Shown here piece after piece: positions 59,861 to 64,000 of a stretch of 64,000 nt of DNA (position 1 is the stretch's first letter; every line of letters begins with the position of its first letter). This DNA comes from an uncultured Gemmatimonadaceae bacterium. Its GTDB lineage: Bacteria > Gemmatimonadota > Gemmatimonadetes > Gemmatimonadales > Gemmatimonadaceae. Location: assembly GCA_963751275.1 (NCBI GenBank), contig CAVVTZ010000002.1:1-64000 (forward strand). Direction: 5' to 3'. The notes below the pieces were generated by a model, which made no database searches, was not told the origin of the DNA, and saw nothing but the letters and a program-made list of their open reading frames with translations. The position numbers were made by a program, and so were the translations under genes.

Positions 59861-60634
59861 TCAGCTGCCGCTCGCCGGGGCGAGCGGCGTGATCGCATCC
59901 TCGAACACGACCGTCTCCACCGGCGCGCCCTTGCCGCCGACGATCACGATCGTGTAGGCCTTGCCGGCCTCGAGGTGCAGCGGCTTGAGGATCATCGGCT
60001 TCACGCTCTTCGCGTTCTGCCGCACGTCGAGCGTGATGGTCGAAGGGGCGAGGTCCTTGTAGCCGGCCTCGTCGGTGAAATCGACGCCCTTGAACAGCGC
60101 CGTCTTCTCGCCGAGGATGGCGAAGTCGGCGTTCTTCACGGTGGGCGATGCGTTGATCACGCGCAGCCGGGCCTTGCCCGAATCCGGTTCCACGTCGTCC
60201 CGCACGACCTTGAGCTGCGTGCCCCCCTTGCCGTCGGGCAGCACGAGCGCGGTGTAGCGGATGCCATCGGCCATCATCTCGTGGTCGTCGGCGAGCACGT
60301 TGTTCTGGTCGGCGGTGAGCACGCGCAGCGCGATGAGATTGTCCTTCACCTCCGCGTACGGCGTGACCTGCTTGTACAGCACATCGCTGAACAGTGTGCG
60401 GTCGTCGCCGGTCAGCACGACGTGGTGATCGGACGGCAGCGCATTGACGACGCGCACCATCGACTTGCCGGCGCGCGCGGCGTCGGTGCCGGCCGGCGAG
60501 ACGGAGGCGCCGCCGTTCGCGGTGCTGACCACGGGCTGCGCGGTCTTTGCCTCACGGCACGCGGCGGCGGCCACGACGAACAGGGCGAGCGCCAGCATCC
60601 GGGTGGAATCGATCGTGTTCCGCATGGCGCTCAC
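59861..60634 (-). CDS. DUF4397 domain lipoprotein
   Basis: Lipobox AAAC; VRVVNALP and LRVINASP repeats; LEAGKAYTIVIVG. Confidence 0.85.
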   Translation of the reverse strand: MSAMRNTIDSTRMLALALFVVAAAACREAKTAQPVVSTANGGASVSPAGTDAARAGKSMVRVVNALPSDHHVVLTGDDRTLFSDVLYKQVTPYAEVKDNLIALRVLTADQNNVLADDHEMMADGIRYTALVLPDGKGGTQLKVVRDDVEPDSGKARLRVINASPTVKNADFAILGEKTALFKGVDFTDEAGYKDLAPSTITLDVRQNAKSVKPMILKPLHLEAGKAYTIVIVGGKGAPVETVVFEDAITPLAPASGS

Positions 60635-60840
60635 ATCGTCTTGACGTTGGAGCGCTCGAACTCCGCGACCTGGCGCTCGATCTCGTCGCGGCCCTCGCCG
60701 TACTTCCGCTGGAGGACGCCCACGAGCTGATCGCGTTTTCCGGCAATGCGCTCGAGGTCGTCGTCAGTGAGCTTGCCCCATTTCTCGCGCACCTTGCCCT
60801 GCATCTCCTTCCATGAGCCTTCGATCTGATTCCAATTCAT
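60631..60840 (-). CDS. csbD: CsbD/YjbJ family stress protein
   Basis: MNWNQIEGSWKEMQGKVREKWGKLTDDDL..GKRDQLVGVLQRKYG. Confidence 0.92.
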   Translation of the reverse strand: MNWNQIEGSWKEMQGKVREKWGKLTDDDLERIAGKRDQLVGVLQRKYGEGRDEIERQVAEFERSNVKTM

Positions 60841-60868
60841 ACACGCCTCCATTTGTTTTCGGCGAAGA

Positions 60869-60980
60869 GAAACACAAAAGGCGCGCCTGAGCGCCGCGTG
60901 TGCGGCGTTCTAGCGCGCCTTCGACTGGCAGCCCCACTTCGCTGCCCGGCAAGGCGACCCGGCCACCGACCCCCGGGCCT
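60869..60980 (-). promoter_or_regulatory. conserved structured leader plus terminator, copy A (before csbD)
   Basis: Minus strand: CCTTGCCG GGCAGC GAAGTGGG GCTGCC AGTCG AAGGCGCGC...GCGCGCCTT TTGTGTTT. Confidence 0.7.
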
Positions 60981-61036
60981 CGGTCCTTCCTGAACTTCCT
61001 TCCTACCCTACGCCACACCCCACGGTTCCGTTGCCG

Positions 61037-62140
61037 TCACGAGTCCAGCAAGACCGCCACCGGCTTGAGCCGGTCCACCTGGTCGCAGATCACCTTGATC
61101 ATCACGGTGAGGGGCACCGCGAGGATCGCCCCCGCCACCCCCCACATCCACGCCCAGAAGATCAGACTAACGAATACCGCCACTTTGTTGAGCGGCAACC
61201 CGCGGCCGAGTACCAGCGGCGTAACGATGTTCCCGGTGAAGGTATGGATCGTGAAATAGACCGCGCTCACGATCAAAGTCTTCTCGATCCCATCGAACGT
61301 GATCAGGCACGCGCCGCCGATCAGCACCATGCTAATGAACGCGCCCACGTACGGGATGAAATTCAGCACCGCCGCCACCGCGCCCCAGAGCGCGCCGTTC
61401 GGCAGGCCGGCGATGGCGAGCAGTCCCCACGTCGTGAAGCCAAGACCGAGACTGATCACGGTGGTCAGCCCCAGATAGCGCGCGGTCTGATGCTCCGTCT
61501 CCGCCACGGCGTGCATGATCCGCTCCTGGTCCGCCCGCTCGGCGAGGATCATCGCCACCTTGCGCTTGAAGAGCTGATCGGTGGAGGCGAGGAAGTAGGT
61601 GAGGAAGAGCACCGTGAAGAATCCGGCCAGCGCGTTCATCGTGCCGCTCGTGAAGCGGGACATCAACGCGGGATCCTGCACCGCCACCTTCATCGTCGAT
61701 CCGGTCGTCGAGCTCGCCGCGCTCGACATCTGCTCGGCGGTCTGCTGAATGGTGGTGATCGGCCGCACGAGCTTCCGGATCTTCTTCTGCAGTTCCGGCA
61801 CCGTCTCGGGCGCGCGGCTCAGCCACTCCGACGCGGGGCGCGCGAGCAAGACGCCGGCGGCGCCAAGCAGCGCGGCGCTCCCGAACACGAGCACGGCCGC
61901 GCCGACCACGACCGGCACGCCGAGCCGGCGCAGCCAGCGCACTCCGGGTCCGAAGAGCAGACTCAGGAGCACCGAGATGGCGATCGGCACGAGCAGCGCG
62001 GAGGCCCATTTGAGGATCGCGAGCGAGACGAGTACGAGCAGCGCGATCTGCGGTGAATTGCGGCGGAAGGTCTTCACGACTGGCGCGCTCACGCGATGGA
62101 CGCTCTCCCGCACCTCGAGCACGAGCGGGGCGGCGCTCAT
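61037..62140 (-). CDS. AI-2E family transporter
   Basis: LLVPIAISVLLSLLFGPGV, LNFIPYVG, GNIVTPLVLG, WGVAGAILAVP. Confidence 0.9.
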   Translation of the reverse strand: MSAAPLVLEVRESVHRVSAPVVKTFRRNSPQIALLVLVSLAILKWASALLVPIAISVLLSLLFGPGVRWLRRLGVPVVVGAAVLVFGSAALLGAAGVLLARPASEWLSRAPETVPELQKKIRKLVRPITTIQQTAEQMSSAASSTTGSTMKVAVQDPALMSRFTSGTMNALAGFFTVLFLTYFLASTDQLFKRKVAMILAERADQERIMHAVAETEHQTARYLGLTTVISLGLGFTTWGLLAIAGLPNGALWGAVAAVLNFIPYVGAFISMVLIGGACLITFDGIEKTLIVSAVYFTIHTFTGNIVTPLVLGRGLPLNKVAVFVSLIFWAWMWGVAGAILAVPLTVMIKVICDQVDRLKPVAVLLDS

Positions 62141-62409
62141 GCCGCGGCCCGGTCCTGCGGCACGCGCGCGCTGCGCGACGTGCGCATCCGGCGGAGCACT
62201 TCTCGCGCGCGGCGCACATGGCGCCTCCGCTCGATGAGCACATCCACGGCGAGCGCGAGCACGAGTCCGATGCCCACGAGCGCCATGACGCCGTAGAGCA
62301 TCGCGCGCCCGCTGCCCACCGGCGCCGTGTTGATCCGCGAGATCCCGAGCGCCGCCGCGGCGGCGCCTTGCAGGATGAGTACGACGGCTGAGAATCGCAT
62401 GGCGATCAC
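62137..62409 (-). CDS. small two-TM hypothetical protein
   Basis: Two hydrophobic helices; 4-nt overlaps with both neighbours. Confidence 0.6.
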   Translation of the reverse strand: MIAMRFSAVVLILQGAAAAALGISRINTAPVGSGRAMLYGVMALVGIGLVLALAVDVLIERRRHVRRAREVLRRMRTSRSARVPQDRAAA

Positions 62410-62597
62410 CTCGCGCGTTCAGTGGCGGACTTGTTCACCCAGAGGGGAAGGCCGGCCGGCAGCGCGCGCGCCGCGGCGATGAGCAGGCGCCGCACTTCCG
62501 ACGCCGGGTTCTTCGCTTCGCGCCGGCGCTCGAAGGCCTGCTGGGACATTGATTCGGTTGCCGATCCACCGCATTCGGACTGCTGCTCTTGGTTCAT
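62406..62597 (-). CDS. small hypothetical protein, 63 aa
   Basis: GAGGAG RBS before MNQEQQ; overlaps the next gene. Confidence 0.55.
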   Translation of the reverse strand: MNQEQQSECGGSATESMSQQAFERRREAKNPASEVRRLLIAAARALPAGLPLWVNKSATERAR

Positions 62598-62624
62598 GGC
62601 TCGCTCCTCGCGTGCGGGTGCCGG

Positions 62625-62733
62625 AAGAACGAAGGCGCGTCGGCCGCCACCGCTAGGTTGGCGACCAACGCGCCTTCGACTGACGAAGCCTTCGCTTCGC
62701 CCGACAAGGGGGACCGGCCATTGCACCGGCCCT
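62625..62733 (-). promoter_or_regulatory. conserved structured leader plus terminator, copy B
   Basis: Minus strand: CCTTGTCG GGCGAAGC GAAG GCTTCGTC AGTCG AAGGCGCG...; 20-bp terminator stem with two G-U pairs, then TTCTT. Confidence 0.7.
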
Positions 62734-62775
62734 TCCGTCATCTATGACTGCACCGCCCCGTAGGGCCGAAATTGT

Positions 62776-62925
62776 CTACCGCGACTTCGTGCTGCGCTTG
62801 CGGTTCGACTTGCCTGCCTTCTGAAGGGCGATCGCCACCGCCTGCTTCTGCGGCTTCCCCTCCTTCATCTCGGTCTTGATGTTCTCCGAGACGGTCTCTC
62901 GTGACGATCCTTTCTTGAGCGGCAT
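62776..62925 (-). CDS. small basic protein, 49 aa (below the ORF-track cutoff)
   Basis: [59 protein letters not shown]. Confidence 0.85.
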   Translation of the reverse strand: MPLKKGSSRETVSENIKTEMKEGKPQKQAVAIALQKAGKSNRKRSTKSR

Positions 62926-62948
62926 GGTCTCCTCCACCACGATCACGG

Positions 62949-63048
62949 AAAACAAAAAAGGCGCGAGAGATCGTTGTGGCTGATCTCTTCGCGCCTTCGA
63001 CTCGCGAGTCTCTTCACTCGCCCGCCAAGGTGGCCGCGTGAGCGGCCT
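62949..63048 (-). promoter_or_regulatory. conserved structured leader plus terminator, copy C
   Basis: Minus strand: GGCCGC TCAC GCGGCC A CCTTGGCG GGCGAGT GAAGAG ACTCGCG AGTCG AAGGCGCGA...TCGCGCCTT TTTTGTTTT. Confidence 0.7.
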
Positions 63049-63068
63049 ATGTCGTACTACCTGTCACC

Positions 63069-63134
63069 AAGCTACGTGTTCCCGGGATTCGCGCAAGGGG
63101 GGCCCGGGATGGAATCCATGTGACGCATTGCACA
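63069..63134 (-). promoter_or_regulatory. candidate sigma70 promoter with an upstream CRP/FNR-type box
   Basis: Minus strand TTGCGC (63091-63096), 16 nt, TAGCTT (63069-63074); TGTGA-CGCATT-GCACA at 63119-63134. Confidence 0.45.
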
Positions 63135-63173
63135 AACGCGCGGCCCCGGGCACGCGGCGTGTTCATGTCTATA

Positions 63174-63318
63174 GAAGGACAACAAACCGCTTTGACAGGA
63201 TTGACGGGATGAACGGGACAACTGCAGGATGACTGCCCTGCGCCTGGCGCGCAGGGCAGTCATCCTGCAGTTGTCCCGTTCATCCCGTCAATCCTGTCAA
63301 AGCGGTTTGTTGTCCTTC
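63174..63318. repeat. family A palindrome (core facing outward)
   Basis: Perfect 70-bp arms 63174-63243 / 63249-63318, loop CTGGC. Confidence 0.95.
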
Positions 63319-64000
63319 ATACGTGCTCAAGGAGGAGCTCGAGTTTGTGCCGCAGATCCCCCAGCGCCTTCGACTTGAACGCCCCCTTGGTCTCTTCCAG
63401 CACCGTGACCGTCTCCTTCACCGCCATCTGGAATTGCGCGCCGCGAGGGCAGTTCATCAGCTGGCACGGATGCTGGTCTACGGTCTGCTTCGACAGCGCC
63501 TTCCCCAGCTGTTCCAGGTCGGTGAGCGACCCCATCACGTTCCGCAGCGTGAGCGTGAGGAAGAGGTCCACCGGCACGGCGCCCGCGCCGCCGCCGAGCT
63601 TGGAGATGTGCTGGAACTCGTCGCGCCACGAACTGAGCCGCTCCTCCGTCTTCCGCATCGCCTGAAAGGACCGGAAACGCTCGACCGCGCCCCGCACCCG
63701 CTCGAGCAGCTCGGAGAACGCCACCGGCTTCGTGAGATAGGCCACGACGGGCAGATCGATGCACGCGATCGCGCTGCGCACGGATGGGAATCCCGTGAGG
63801 ATGATGATCGGCAAGCCCCCGGCCTGCGCGGCGATCTGCCGCACCAGCGCCAGATCCGAATTCCCGGGCATTCTCGAGATCGGTGATCAGCAGATCGAAA
63901 TCGCCGGCGCCCGCGGCCCGCAGCGCCTCCGCGCCGTCGCGCACCGTCACGCACTCGTAACCCTCGCCGCGCAACAGATCGGCGGTCGCGCTCGCGAACG
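63317..64000 (-). CDS. response regulator receiver protein (frameshift near 63872; start lies beyond the window)
   Basis: GYECVTVRDGAEAL..FDLLITDLE, then MPGNSDL..PIIILTG..YLTKPV. Confidence 0.85.

Noticed and set aside
21241..62243. Many long antisense or alternate-frame ORFs (e.g. 21241..22998, 49570..51711, 52487..54697, 54526..56658)
   Set aside because: Shadow ORFs expected in high-GC coding DNA; Arg/Ala-rich, with no motifs, and overlapping well-supported genes.
63072..63119. Pro-rich leader peptide MDSIPGPPCANPGNT before leader copy C
   Set aside because: It overlaps the candidate promoter, lacks a clear RBS and has no counterpart at copies A and B.

Overview
The window has two compositionally distinct parts joined inside one reading frame at about 21381-21397. 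The left part (1-21381) has moderate GC; one coding line I counted, 21241-21300, is 34/60 GC. It has compact genes and looks like a Patescibacteria/CPR genome, probably Saccharibacteria-like (inference). It carries dnaE, a ytxH/mscS cluster, two NUDIX genes, a gatC-gatA-[three inserted genes]-gatB operon, a yjbQ/FMN-reductase/HxlR cluster and a membrane-protein island with a Crp/Fnr regulator and CRP-like boxes. The right part (21382-64000) is GC-richer; line 21421-21480 is 42/60 GC. It encodes outer-membrane proteins and looks Gemmatimonadota-like (inference). It carries an ABC permease fragment, an Ig/metallopeptidase lipoprotein, DedA, a GH18-deacetylase-GT2 fusion, a BNR/VPS10 hydrolase, mgtE, an MFS, a Rieske oxygenase, a TonB receptor, a GMC oxidoreductase, an S1/P1 nuclease, OmpA paralogues, two large secreted paralogues, an Omp85 protein, a four-helix-bundle gene and a general-stress cluster (BON, DUF4397, CsbD, AI-2E). 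Many genes, including essential ones, carry indels typical of unpolished long reads, and the junction is most likely a chimera. The most interesting signals are non-coding. First, a conserved, covarying multi-hairpin leader ending in an intrinsic terminator occurs three times in 2.2 kb, once before each transcription unit of the stress cluster; it is a candidate new riboswitch or attenuator. Second, several families of long intergenic palindromes occur, many built from 7- or 9-nt periodic units. One family shares its end sequence with inverted 58-nt arrays that bracket a four-helix-bundle gene. I found no rRNA, tRNA, CRISPR array or transposase.
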